Positions 13,351 to 25,705 of a stretch of 64,000 nt of DNA are shown piece after piece. Each line of letters begins with the position of its first letter. The stretch's first letter is position 1. The translations under genes were made by a program, and so were the position numbers. Location of the stretch: the NCBI RefSeq assembly GCF_036321535.1, contig NC_087436.1, positions 46,502,001 to 46,566,000 on the forward strand. Direction: 5' to 3'. Origin of the DNA: Camelus dromedarius (lineage: Eukaryota). The notes below the pieces were generated by a model. The model saw only the letters and a list, made by a program, of their open reading frames with translations, ran no database searches and was not told the origin of the DNA.

Positions 13351-13910
13351 CAGTAGTCCATTGGTATTCCCAGGAAATTGGCTCCAGGATTCCCACAGAT
13401 GCCAAAATCCTACAATGCTCAAGTTCCTTATATAAAATGGCATAATATTTGCATATAACCTACATACATCCTCCCATATACAGTTGACCCTTAAACAATG
13501 TGAAGCTTAGGGGTACTGAAACTCTGCCACAGTCGAAAATCGGGGTATTATTTATAATGAGCCCTCCTTATACATGGTTCCTTCATATCCCTGTTTCCTC
13601 TGTATTATGGTTCCACATCCGCCAAATTCAGCCAACTGCGGATCATGTGATATCGTAATATTTATTATTAAAATAAATCTGCATATAATTGGACCATTGC
13701 AGTTCAAGGCTGTGTTGTTCAAAGGTCAACTGTACTATAAAGCATCTCTAGATCACTTATAATACCTACTACTGTGTAAATAATTGTCAGGCATGGAGAA
13801 ATTCAAGTTTTGCTTTTGGGAATTTTCTGGAATTTTTTTTCCCAAACATTTTTGATCAGAGGTTGGGTGAAACCGCAGATGTAGAACCCAAGGAAACGGA
13901 GGGGTGACTG
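13351..13910 (+). mobile_element. MER2-type Tigger MITE split by a nested insertion
   Basis: Ends cagtagtcc ... ggggtgactg; the MER2 interior ctcccatata|ctataaagcatctctagat is interrupted at a TA. Confidence 0.85.
13481..13732 (-). mobile_element. Tigger2-derived MITE nested in MER2
   Basis: TIRs cagttgacccttaaacaa / ttgttcaaaggtcaactg, with TA at 13479-80 and 13733-34. Confidence 0.85.
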
Positions 13911-15646
13911 TGTCAGAAGCACAGGACACGGGCAGGGTTTGAAACTGCATTGTTCACTTTGTCCCCCTAGCTGCTAGAATCCCGGTATCCAGAGCAAGGC
14001 TGGAACAGAACAGGAGCTCAATAAAATCTATGGAATGAATTAATGAAGGATAGAAATGTCACCACCTTCACTTCATTTATCCACGTAGACTTTATTAACA
14101 CATACATATAAGTGCATACCAAGTGTTGTGTTTGAAAATAATCACAGACAAAAACAAAAACTCCGTACTTGAATGGTCAATAGCAAAGTCGAATTCATTT
14201 ACCTCAGGTATCCTCTCAAAGTATTTTTCGCTTTATGATTTACCCTGTGGAAACGTTTGCTTCCTAACCAACTGATTTATGAAGCTAAGAGTATACTTGG
14301 AGAGACACAGTTGGGTTTTTTCCCTGCTTTAATCCTGTATTCATTTTCACTTTTGAAGGAATAAGGATTATAAACACAGACTATTTTATTTTCACTACTT
14401 GCAGTATTATCCTTTTAAATGTTTAACTTATTAATGTCTTCCAACAGTTGCCTTGCCATTTAAAAGTTGTAAAAATTCCTTGAGATTTCACAGTTCTAAT
14501 TTCCGAGAAGAAAACTGAAATATCACTCATAGTTGTCCATCAAATGAAACTGCTCCAGTTTCCACAAATAAATCAGCCTTTCAGGAAACTCCTTTTCTTC
14601 CTGTCCGCTTTCTGTGAGAACTAAATTTAGTCCTTACTCTCATTAGTGGATTTATCCAGTCAGTTTCTATTAAAACACTGAAAAAAAAAGTTTTTAAACT
14701 AAAGTTAATACAAGTAACTTCCTTTTATTTACAATTTTACTACCACCATTATGCTCGGGTGTTAAAATAAAATAAACCAATAATTCTTCTCTTATTCCAA
14801 TAAAAAGAATATGGCAATAGAATTTAGGAAGTCCAAAATTCACTTAGCCTCAAATTGCTTCAATTTCCTCATCTATTAAGTGAAAATAGTACTATCTGTC
14901 CTATCTCTTGGGAATCTCGTGAGGTATAAATAAGATGGAAAAAGGGAGTTGGTAAAGTCGAAATTACTTTAATGAAAACAAAGGTCTTTTTGTGCAAAAT
15001 ATTGCAAATTTCATTCATTGGTGTAGATGGCTTTCAGACTTGATGTAGTAGAAATAGAAGTAAGTATTATTTTATTAGCCACATTTATTTCACTTTCCAT
15101 TCAGAACTCAACTGAATGTTAATGATGGGGAAAAGAAACCAGTGTCATCTTACAATAAGACAGTATGTGGGATCCTCTTCAATACGTCTCGTCATGTTTA
15201 TGTTTTAATTTTTCCTCAGGCAATAGCAGTAACAGATGTCAACAAAACTTGAATATGTATGTTTCCTCAAATAAGCTAATTTATTATTTCCTTCTCCTTC
15301 CTGAGGTTTTTTTGGTTTTCTTCCTAAAGTTTTTTTTGCATTTTGATTCTTGGTGGCCTGCTTAAAACATTATTTTTGAGATTTGTTCATTCATTCACCA
15401 TATATGTATTGAGCATATTTTATTCAGACAGTGACTAAAAATAGGCACTGAACCTGCCCACATTGTGGCTGATTGTCTAATAGGGACAAAAAAAGAATAG
15501 GCAGAAAACATACCTACATGATACGCACACAGTGAGCTTTGCAGGACATGAACAGATGCTACAGGGTAAGATGTGCACATGAAAGCATGTGTCTAGGTTG
15601 GTCGGGGAGGAGTTGAGGTAAAGCCACTTAAGAGCTGAAGAAAGAA

Positions 15647-15776
15647 GGGGGAGAGTATAGCTCAGTGTTAGAGCATGTGCTTAGCATGCACGAGGTCCTG
15701 GGTTCAATCCCCCAGTACCTCCTCTAAAAAATGAATAATCAAAAATCTAATATCCCCCCCTAATATTTTTCTTAAT
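15647..15776 (+). mobile_element. tRNA-Ala(AGC)-derived SINE (camelid vic-1-like)
   Basis: tRNA-Ala-like head with A/B boxes, AT-rich/C-run tail, perfect 12-bp TSD ctgaagaaagaa (15635-15646 and 15777-15788). Confidence 0.9.
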
Positions 15777-16897
15777 CTGAAGAAAGAAAAGGTGCCAGCC
15801 AAGGGAAGAGGGGAGAGGAATGGAGGGAGGGGCCAAGTGCTTCATGAACAGAGGCCTGAGGCCTTATCTCTGTCTCTGAGAGACTGATGAGAAACTCTTT
15901 AAATCTAACACAAGGAACTCATCGCCTGGAGCTCTCTGAGTGCTTGCACCGCTCAGGTAGGACCACTGAGGAAACCCCAATATGTGCCTTCCCCCTTCTG
16001 GCTGCTTCTATTTTCTGGACGGTCTCAAATGACTAAATATTCTCCCTTTTATTTTCCTAGAAGCATGTTTGTGGGGCGGAGGGCTAGAAAGGACTTGAAA
16101 ATCTAGGCCCTGGGCTGGCCTCATTTCAGAAATAAGCAACATCGTCAGCCACCTTCTGTATTCCTGTCTGCTTGTCCCTGTCTGCACATTTAGAACAGAC
16201 TTGCCTTAGGAATGTAGTCACCCTCCGTGAAATCAGGGTGGACTACAATGCCTTTTAGAAAACCAGATTCCATCTCAAGATTTTCTCTCAGATCTTCCAC
16301 GTGTCCCTGTCACCCACAAGTCATCCATCATCCTGCAACTTTCCAGTGACTGCCTTACAATGAAATAAGTGTAGAGCTAGAAAAAACATGCCGGTCGTAA
16401 CTGTGATGGAGCTTCATGAGGAAAACAAACTGACTGGCTGCGTGGCTTTTTCCAACTCAACATCATTAACCCTTTGACTTCATCTGTTGAACCCTGACTT
16501 TCTGAAGTCAGAAAGGGTCAGGGAACTCCTAGTAAATGATAGCCAGTGACATTAATAAATTCCAGAAATAGAGAAAACTAAAATTCCAGATCTGCTAATG
16601 ATAATGTGTTGCTTTAGAATACAATTTTAGATCCATATTTATGTATTTATTTCCAGGAATGTGGTCCTTATGTATTTTGCATTCAAAGTAAACCCATAGT
16701 TTTAGAAAATATGTTGTTTATCTTGGAATTGTTGACATCTTAACAGCTGACATATTGATACAAATTCTTAGGGAGCGTGTTTTGCCCATTAGTCATGGAG
16801 TTTCCTTGAGTGCTCCTGTCCATAATGGCTCTCAGTATGTTTGTGTGTTTCCTGTTCCTATAACTTGTGGAATCATCTCTCCTGGGTTTTATTTTAG

Positions 16898-16930
16898 GGT
16901 GACCCTGGATCGTCTGCTGCAGGAATTAAG
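16898..16930 (+). CDS. COL25A1: COL25A1 coding exon, 33 nt, GDPGSSAAGIK (helix imperfection)
   Basis: ttttattttag|GGT...AAG|gtaact. Confidence 0.95.
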
Positions 16931-17360
16931 GTAACTATAGCCTTACAAGTGTTTGTACCCCAGGAGTTACAGTTTTGATTTTATAAGCCTCTTGTTTCTC
17001 TTCCCATTTACCAACTTTGATGGTTCTGACTCTGTGCCTATTCTCCTGCAATAATCAGCTTCCAAACAACAGGCAGCATCTGCTGGAAATCTGACAAAGG
17101 CTTAAATGAGAGGTCTTGCCTTCTCTTCCCTTTCTGATTGGTTTTTATGGAAATGTGGATTTGTATGTGAGCTTTAGGTATATTTGCAGCAGGGGAAAAA
17201 ATGCTCCTATGTCTAGTAAGACGCAGAGTAACAGAATAAAGTGCACGAAATGCATGTCATCAGGGAGGCTGAACCATCTCTGTGAAAGTGCCCAGGGCCC
17301 TAAGGGTTTTGGAAAATTCTTGTAAGACTGTCCTTTTCATTTTTGGTTTTCTTTGGCCAG

Positions 17361-17396
17361 GGAGAACCCGGAGAATCTGGTCGTCCTGGGCAAAAG
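17361..17396 (+). CDS. COL25A1: COL25A1 coding exon, 36 nt, GEPGESGRPGQK
   Basis: ttttctttggccag|GGA...AAG|gtaatc. Confidence 0.96.
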
Positions 17397-20300
17397 GTAA
17401 TCTCTCTCTCCTAGTGTGTTCTTTGTACTGTCTCATAGTCACCATTCCATTATATCTACTATCCACTATGTAACGTGAAATCGATTATTGCAAAATGATG
17501 TAATTTTCATGCTTTGTATGCAATGTTATTGATGGTTTTGCATTTTAAAAGGGTTGATGACCACAGCAAAAGTGAAAACACACTCTGTACATGTGAAAAG
17601 ACGCTTAATGAACTAAAGTCTGCACGTATTGAGCTGTTTGAGACTAACAAAGATCGTTTGGGTTAGAATGCCAACAACTTATCTTGCATGTTTAAAGACA
17701 CTGCATGTTTCTATCTTTCATGAGAAGAAATGATGTACTTACTAAACTACCTCAATAGGGAATGATGGACAGTTCTTTTAAAATTATATTCCCTTCCTTT
17801 CAATTCAAACACTTCCCTAATGATAATTTTTATGTGAATATCTACCTATGCAGTGAATATTATGTTGTACAAAGAGATTTGTTCATAAGTTAAATTTTAA
17901 TGGAGACAGTAGCCAAACCATAGAGACATACATTAATTTTTTTTTATCATTTGTGCTTTACTTCAGTGATAAATTAGAGGACAGGCAGTGGATATGTTTA
18001 GATTCATAGTCTCATTTGAGTCTGAAGCAGGAAACAACTGTTAGTAGTTTATCGTCGAGCATCTGGATATCAATGCCCTGTGCAGTCAGATTTTAGATAA
18101 CAGATGTATTGTTGCTAACAAGTAAATGTGAATTCCACATTAGGTTAAATCTCTCAAGATCATGACTCTGCCTTTGTCTAGCAGTAGCTGATGGTATAGG
18201 GCAAAAAATATGAATAAAAACATAGAATATCCCTGGTTTTTATAAAGGGAAAGAGAATAAATCCTATAGTAGTACTTTGGAACTTTAAAATATGATATAA
18301 CATAAAAAAATATTCCCACATTCTTGAAGTCATTGAGAGGAGCCTTGCTTTCTTTAAGCACATAGGATTAGAGTAATTTTTAAGAAGATTTTTCATATTC
18401 TTTTAATGTTTCTCTAATTTAAAAATAGGTTTTTTTCTCTTGAAGTTAAGAATCTAAGAGTAATAATTCATCAGGCCCTGTTTCAGGTAAAGTTGAGACT
18501 TTACCAAAGAGTCCAGCAGAACTCTGCAAATTTTGCTATTCAGTTCCTGAGATTTCCTACTGATTCTTTATGTAAGAAATTTGAAATTAGCAATATCACA
18601 GAGATCCATGATCTGCTTTGGTTTGAAAGAGCAATTAATTTTCTCAGTTGATCTAATTTTAAGTCCCTTAGTGTTTAAAAATTAAAGGCTAAATTTAAAC
18701 TGCTCTCCAAATCTGTGATAAGCTGAAAGAAATGTCTGCAAAACTGTTATGTCTTTTTAAAAAACAAAACAAATCTGCTATCATTTCATATAGGTTCCAC
18801 GGTTTTCAGAGTGGAAGATCCAAATTGATTTTCAACTGGTTAATAAAACTTTATCATGATTATTTAAAATACATTTTAGATTCATTTCTGGAAGTTTATA
18901 GGTGTACATATGGAATCATTGGCTTTTTTTTTTTTTTTTTTTGTATTTCACTAAAAGCCTCTTTTAAATTATATTGGGAGACAACGTGGATTCTATCTGA
19001 AAGAAAATGTGCCCTGAAATTAGCAGTATCTTCATTAATATTTAGGCCAGATTCTGCCCTTTGACGCAATCTCACTTTCCCACAATATTTATGTCTTCCT
19101 CTGTTTAATATCTGGATTTAGCAAAACATACCCCATAAATGATTTAGAAGTAGAGTGCTTCCTTGCTTGCTGCTTACTTCAATTGGAAAAAGACAAGCAG
19201 AACTGAGTACAGAATCCATTTAAGAGATCTTTTGTGACGTTTTTCTCACCATTGCAGATCTGTGCTGTGGGTTCATTGGTACTTCTGCTCCTGTGTTAGG
19301 GACATTCCCAGAAAAGTAGAGAATATCCCGACGGTACGAAAAGCGCACTGATTAGCTCTCCACTGTCTGGTATTTTGCAGTATGAAAGTTTGTTATTTAG
19401 AGTAACATTGATAATGTAGAATGATTTCATTATTTTTTCTTTTTTATAGACTCAACAGGAGATTGTGTGTTTGATACGTGAGTTAGGGTATATATGTTTG
19501 TAAAGGGAGTGTGTAGATTTATAAAATAGGTATTGTGTTTCATCATGTAATTCTTTTCTTCCTAACTCTCCCGTATCTTTTTAGAATATATTTTTTTAGT
19601 TTCAGAGGCATTAAAAGGTCTTATTCTCCCATTGGAAGCGACCTGCACAGTTGAAATATATCTAGAAATACAGGCACTCTCAAGAGGACATGGGGTAAAA
19701 GCAGAGAACTGACTTTGACAGTAGACAAGGGTCTCCTATACTGGAGAGTAAAGAGTGAGAGGGAAAGAAAAAGAAAACCAGAAGTATAATGTATCAATGT
19801 GGAGTTTAATCTACTTGGACAAGTATTCTTCGAATAGAATAACAAACCAATTTTTAATTATGACCCAGATCTGACCTTGGGCTGTTGATGCCCAAGAACT
19901 CAGCTCAGTTCCAAGAAACAGGCAAGAATGGAGAAATTCACTGAAAAGCTATCTCTTAATTAGAAGATAAGCCTTCATAATGTAGAGACAGAGAATTTAT
20001 ATAAGAAGAAATATCTTTGTAAAAATGCTGAAATGTTTCACAGAAGGTAACATTAAATATTTTATAACCTCTCATTATGTCAACTTTTAAGTAAACATAA
20101 ATTTGGAAAGCCAAATTTATAAAAATATAGAACTATGGAATAGGAATTCCTGAAATATTTGTTCATTAAAAAGTACATTTATAACCCATATACATACATA
20201 CATACACATATGATGTAGGGAATAGCTAAATGTTCAAAATCTCTGTAAGTATTCAATCTACATTACAAAATATTCCATAATGTCTTATACATCTTTCTTA

Positions 20301-22072
20301 TTATGAGAAAACATGCACATGTTTATAAATATCTTACTTTAAAGTAGTCAGAGGATCCTTTTAATTTGATGGGAGGGAAGGCTATAGTAAAAGCTCCTTT
20401 CGGAAAATAGTATTATAACTTGTATATTTCCTTCCACACATGGTTTTAATAGAATCTATTGAGTTGGGGAGGGGGGCTTTTCTAAAACAATACAAAACTA
20501 TAAATTTGTCACCAATATGTTTACTTTTATTGATTGTATATTCTGCGGCAACATACAGTGTTTTCAAGGGCCTTATACTTTTTTCTTAGTAAAAGAGAAT
20601 CTTTAGTGAAGTATAAATACAAACCCTTTTTACTAGATCTTCCTAAATTTATTGACTGAAAGGAAAAAGGGAAAGAAAAATAAAAATCAAATGTACTACA
20701 CTGTATCTGTGTAAAGTTTAACCTACTTATACAAGTGTTCTTTGAGTGAAATGCCAAATTCTTAATACTCATTCTTTCTTCTCTGGCTTAATCTCATCTT
20801 AGTCTTTTTGTTCCCAATGCAAACTTTCATTTAAATAGTTTCAGACAGAATAGCTTTTCTTTTGCATTCCTGAAGCACCTTTGACCTAAACCATAAGGAA
20901 AGTCATTGTTCTTTCTATGTTTAACCATATAGCTTAATATAAACAATATCTGAAGTCATTGTGTGACAATCCCAGAGCAAATTATAGCTTTCCACAATTT
21001 GAAAGTAATAATATGAAAGATAAAATGTCTAGTTGATCTTAGATTTTCCTTGGAATAAGGATTGTTCAAGCATTTAGATTTAAAAAGTGCCCTCCTCTAC
21101 CATTTTTATTGCAAATTTGATGCTTCTATCTCTTTTGGTATAATTGTCATTGCACTGACATCATCATGAAACAGTGTGACCCTTTTACCTTCAAATGTTA
21201 TTTCCACAAATATTAGTCACCTCAGTCCAACACTGGATGGACTTTTATTTTCTCTAGCAATCCCTTTATGCTTCTTTAGTGGAATTCAGCAGATTTTTCT
21301 AAGCAATATAACTTCCTGTCGCTATATTTTGTTCTTAAAATAATGTGGACAATTCTGTGAAAATGAGAAGATTTAGCTTGACTCCAGTGTGCTCACCCAA
21401 AATGTCCCACTTAATCTCAAACCTGTATTCAGAAACAGCTGCATGGTACCATTAGCCCTTAAATTGCTAAGCAGGGTTACCCAGACTCAACAATTGTCAG
21501 ATATACGGACTGGAGTTAAGTATAATCTTAACCATGCATTTATCTTCTCATCATTCAGGAATGGAAAAGAAATCTTATTATACTTTTAAGTGAGCAAGAC
21601 TTTTAATGTATATTGTTTCGATGTGACCATCTGTTCATACAGCCAACTCTTGATTATCTGAGGTAAGAGAGCACCGGAATAGGATGCATTATTCAAATGC
21701 ACATGTAATCCTCATTTCAGCAAATAGCTTCAGCCTCCTTAACAAATCATTTGCCAGGAAGTAATAAAACATAGGAGTTCCTTCTCCCTTTACTCCTCTT
21801 TCTCACCTTCTGGTAGAGATGATAATGGGCAGTGAATTGGAAGCAAAAGGGAAAATTCTGAATAATCTGCCAAATGGTCAACCAATCCCTGAATCAAGAG
21901 TTGACTGAACTATACAATCTCACCAAACGTCTTGAAACTAGACAGTATGTATATAATAGACATATTTATATACACACATACAGCAAGAATTCATCTACAT
22001 TTGCCATGTTTTTCTCAGATACTGTGACTGAGTGAGTATTGCTCTATAATGCTGTGTGATTTTCCTACGTAG

Positions 22073-22117
22073 GGTGAACCAGGGCTTCCTGGGCTTCCTG
22101 GACTTCCGGGGATAAAG
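22073..22117 (+). CDS. COL25A1: COL25A1 coding exon, 45 nt, GEPGLPGLPGLPGIK
   Basis: ttttcctacgtag|GGT...AAG|gtaaat. Confidence 0.96.
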
Positions 22118-23304
22118 GTAAATACTTGGCTTCACAGAACTGTAATTGTGAGAGTCACAAAAATGGAAAAATGAAAACTAAAAACAGAGTGCTGTTCTTT
22201 AAATACTCACCAACCACCTCAATCAATTAAACTTTTTAATTAAAAATGAAGTGCAGGTATTTCTAAAGTTTGCCGTGGCTATCTGGACTGTGTATCCACT
22301 GTTTATTCCATATATAACCTACTCTGCCACTTAAATAAGTGTAAAAGTCATTTCACTTGAAGTCATAGGAATTATTTAAAGTCTAGAATGCCTGTCTTCA
22401 CATTTGAATCTTACTCTTAAGATCCTATCAGATTTTGGCCAGAATTAGAATCTTAACATCCCCATAAATCTAACATTAAAGCAGCTGTTTTTGTGATTTA
22501 CCCATTATAATAATCCCTCTAAAATGTTTTGTGCTTCCACTTCCTGTCAGTAATTCTCACTGCAGGGTACAAATCATATTACTAAACTATATTGACACGT
22601 ACTATTCCCATAAAATTTGTATTTTTTGAAATACTTGCTTAAAGCTTTGTTTGAAAACATTGTTATACATATTTTAAATCATCTAAAAATGTTAAGAAAC
22701 ATTTTTTAATTGTTTACGTTTTTTAATGTAGCAACTAAAAAGGCTTAAAAATTCTACTGGCTTAGCTGTAGTTACCCCCTTAAATTCAGCTTCTTATTTT
22801 AAAATATTTTTTAAACTCTAGAACTGTTTGACAGGATAGCATAATGCAAGTAGATTTTTCTTTACATTGTTGTCATCTTAAAGAATTTTGAATTAATCTC
22901 TAGCATGCATTAGACCATTCTAAAATTTATATTCCTAGTTTCAGTAAGAGGATTATATATACTGCTTTATGAAGGTTGTGTTTGAAATATGTGATATGAA
23001 ATAATATGATTACATACAGCTTAATATAAACAGTATCTGTTTATATGAATTAATATGATTTTAGAATAAAGATATGAAATTATTGATTTGCCAGACATCC
23101 AATGGTATCATATGTAGTATTTTATGAATATATTTGTTATAATTAACAGACATGAAAGCTATGGCTTCTAGGTTGGCACTAAGAAATTTTGATACTGCTT
23201 TTTGTTTGATGTTTCCAGATTAGTATCATAGATATTTGGATATGTCCTCTAAATATTTTTTTTCCCCTGATTCTGAGAGACCAGTCTTCTGTCTTCCTCT
23301 TTAT

Positions 23305-23357
23305 TTTTTTTTTTTATTGAGGTATAGTCAGTTTACCAGTGTTGTGTCAATTTCTGT
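23305..23357 (-). mobile_element. Very short L1 3' end
   Basis: Poly-T followed by attgaggtatagtcagtttaccagtgttgtgtcaatttctg. Confidence 0.65.
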
Positions 23358-24509
23358 TAATATATTTTTAGTCTTTGGCTTCTTCATTGAACAAGTACAC
23401 TCTATGACAACAGTTTACTCAAGAGTCAAAGTCATTTCCTTATCATTTGATATTTAGCAAAAATAACTTCATTATTAATGTGATTTCATATTGTAGCGTT
23501 TATAGCAGTTCCTGAGTAATCTCACACATTAAAAAAACGTTTTGCAGATAACTGGAAAATCACAGATTTTAAAACAAATTTAAGAAAATTATATGCATTA
23601 CTAATTTAAAAGAACCTGGTAGTATTATAAATGAGGGGGAAGGCATTTAAAAGAACTTGCTTGTAGGTTAGTTGCACTGTGTTGCCGCCACCTGGTCATG
23701 TGGCAGGAATCTCTGTGTGGTGTGGAAATCCAGTTGCCCTTTCTCCTGAGCGTGAGGTTTCCTGGTGAGAGAGAGCACCTAAGGGTGAAGGTATTGGGTT
23801 TTTTCCCATCCAAAACAAACAAACAGAACAATTGCAATTACTACTATTTCTCCTTACTACTTTTGTTTTATGTCTTCCACCATGAAAAATGTCCCAGGGC
23901 ATTTCCTGGTCATCTGTGGACTAGCCTGAAGGTTTTGAATTTTTTCAACATTGGGAAGGATGTTGATGATTTGCCACCCCCAGTAAATGTTTTTATTCCC
24001 AAGGTTATAGGAAATTGCCAGACAAATTTTTGTCAAGATCTTAAACCTGACATTTTCCTTTGTTTTTCTAATCTGACTAGTGACTATAGTGAGAAAAAGC
24101 TGTCAATTGACAGAAACCTTTCAGTCATTCACTAGAGATACTTTTCTATGTAATTATCAAGTACTGTTGGATAACTATCCAGTATTTTATTTAAATCACA
24201 GATTCTATTTTTGAATCAATAAGCTCTGTCTTCTCTCTCTAGTTCAGGATGTAAGTGATAAGCTTGCCTTATAATATAGTAGGTGCTCAGTATAAATGAG
24301 TAATTTTGTAAAGGAGACAGTTTAAGAATACATCATAGTCATTAGTGGTCTTTGGATATTTTAAAATGTAGAGTTAAAAGTTTATGAATTTATGGTATAG
24401 CTTCATTAATTTGGGATAGCCTTTATTCTTTTAATATACCTTGCTTCTATTAGGTAGCTAACCCTGGGACAATTAATCTTGATTTCATAGTTTGAATGAG
24501 TAATGTTTA

Positions 24510-24643
24510 TTTGGTTTTGGGGGGGATGTAATTAGGTTTATTTATTCACTTATTATTATTTTTTAATAGAGGAACTGGTGTTTGAACCCAGGACCTCAAT
24601 GTATGCTAAGCACACACTCTACCACTGAGCTATACCCTCCCTC
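24510..24643 (-). mobile_element. tRNA-Ala-derived SINE (vic-1-like)
   Basis: Reverse-strand copy of the same family; flanks share tgagtaat (24497-24504 and 24644-24651). Confidence 0.88.
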
Positions 24644-25444
24644 TGAGTAATAGTATTTAAAAGAAACCACCATATATGGATTTAGAATGTGTGATAGCAA
24701 AAGCATTAGTCATAACCTCCCCCGACTTGTGTGTTTGTTTACACTTTGGAAATACTTCCTCCTGCTCTTCATCTCCCTCTTATCGGCTGGTACTACAGAG
24801 AGTGTGCAGATGCCATCCGTTATTTCCAAGACGTTGAGGAAACCAGCCATGACATAGCCGGGAAGCTTTGATTTGCCACCTGTTGCTCTCGGAGAATGGT
24901 TGGAAACTTAATGAGCATCCACATGCCTTCCACACAGTTCTCCGGAAATGAGCAAAGTGCCTAAATACAGACAACAGACTCATCTGTCTCTCACCTCAGG
25001 GTCCCACTCAGACAAAAGTGCTAATACCTTAGGCCTACATAAAAGTCACTAAGAACGGGCATCACTTAATTTCAGACTACACTTAAGCCTCCTGAGCAAG
25101 TATTGGAGAGTGCTCTCGCCATGTGGAAGACATTTGGAGTTCCTATTTCATGTATTCATGGTTCATATAGTGTTAAGATGTTCAACTGGGAAAATTAAAT
25201 TATGCACAATGTACCATGAAAATACTGGTCTTCTGGAATAAGATTTGAGCTGGGAAAATTATTTTTATAAACAAGCCTTTAAATATATTTTTCATGGGTA
25301 AAACTTATTGGGACCAGCTTTTCTGGTATCACATAAAACAGTAAGAGTCCAAGATCCTATTTTCAAACATTTTTTCTTTCCACACATTTTGAAAAATTGC
25401 TTACCCCTTTTATGATTACATTATCCTGCTAATTAGGTCATGCA

Positions 25445-25705
25445 GAGCAATGATCAAGGGCTTTGACTTTAGAACGAAACCACCAGTGTGTAGATCCTGG
25501 TTCTATCCTGCACCAGTTCAGGAAGCTATATCATGACATTGAGTAAGTTACATAGTCTCTCTGTGCTCCTGTTTCCTTGTAAAATGGGAATTATTATTCT
25601 ACATAACTCAGAGGATTGTTGTGGGGATTAAATGAATTAATATAGGTGCAGCTCCTAAAAGATTGCCAAGCTTATAGTAAATGCTATATAAACCTTAGCT
25701 ATTGT
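25445..25705 (+). mobile_element. MIR SINE
   Basis: Core gtaagttacatagtctctctgtgctcctgtttccttgtaaaatggga...gaggattgttgtggggattaaatga. Confidence 0.8.

Noticed and set aside
15647..15725. tRNA-Ala(AGC) gene (also at 24570-24643 and 60569-60645)
   Set aside because: The copies have D-loop, stem or acceptor mismatches, a shared non-tRNA tail and TSDs, so they are SINEs.
21460..21480. gctaagcagggt resembling 5S rRNA or AmnSINE1
   Set aside because: The match is only about 12 nt and does not extend.
23698..24135. Longest ORF in the track (145 aa)
   Set aside because: Starts at GTG, has no domain resemblance, and its length is plausible by chance in 64 kb.
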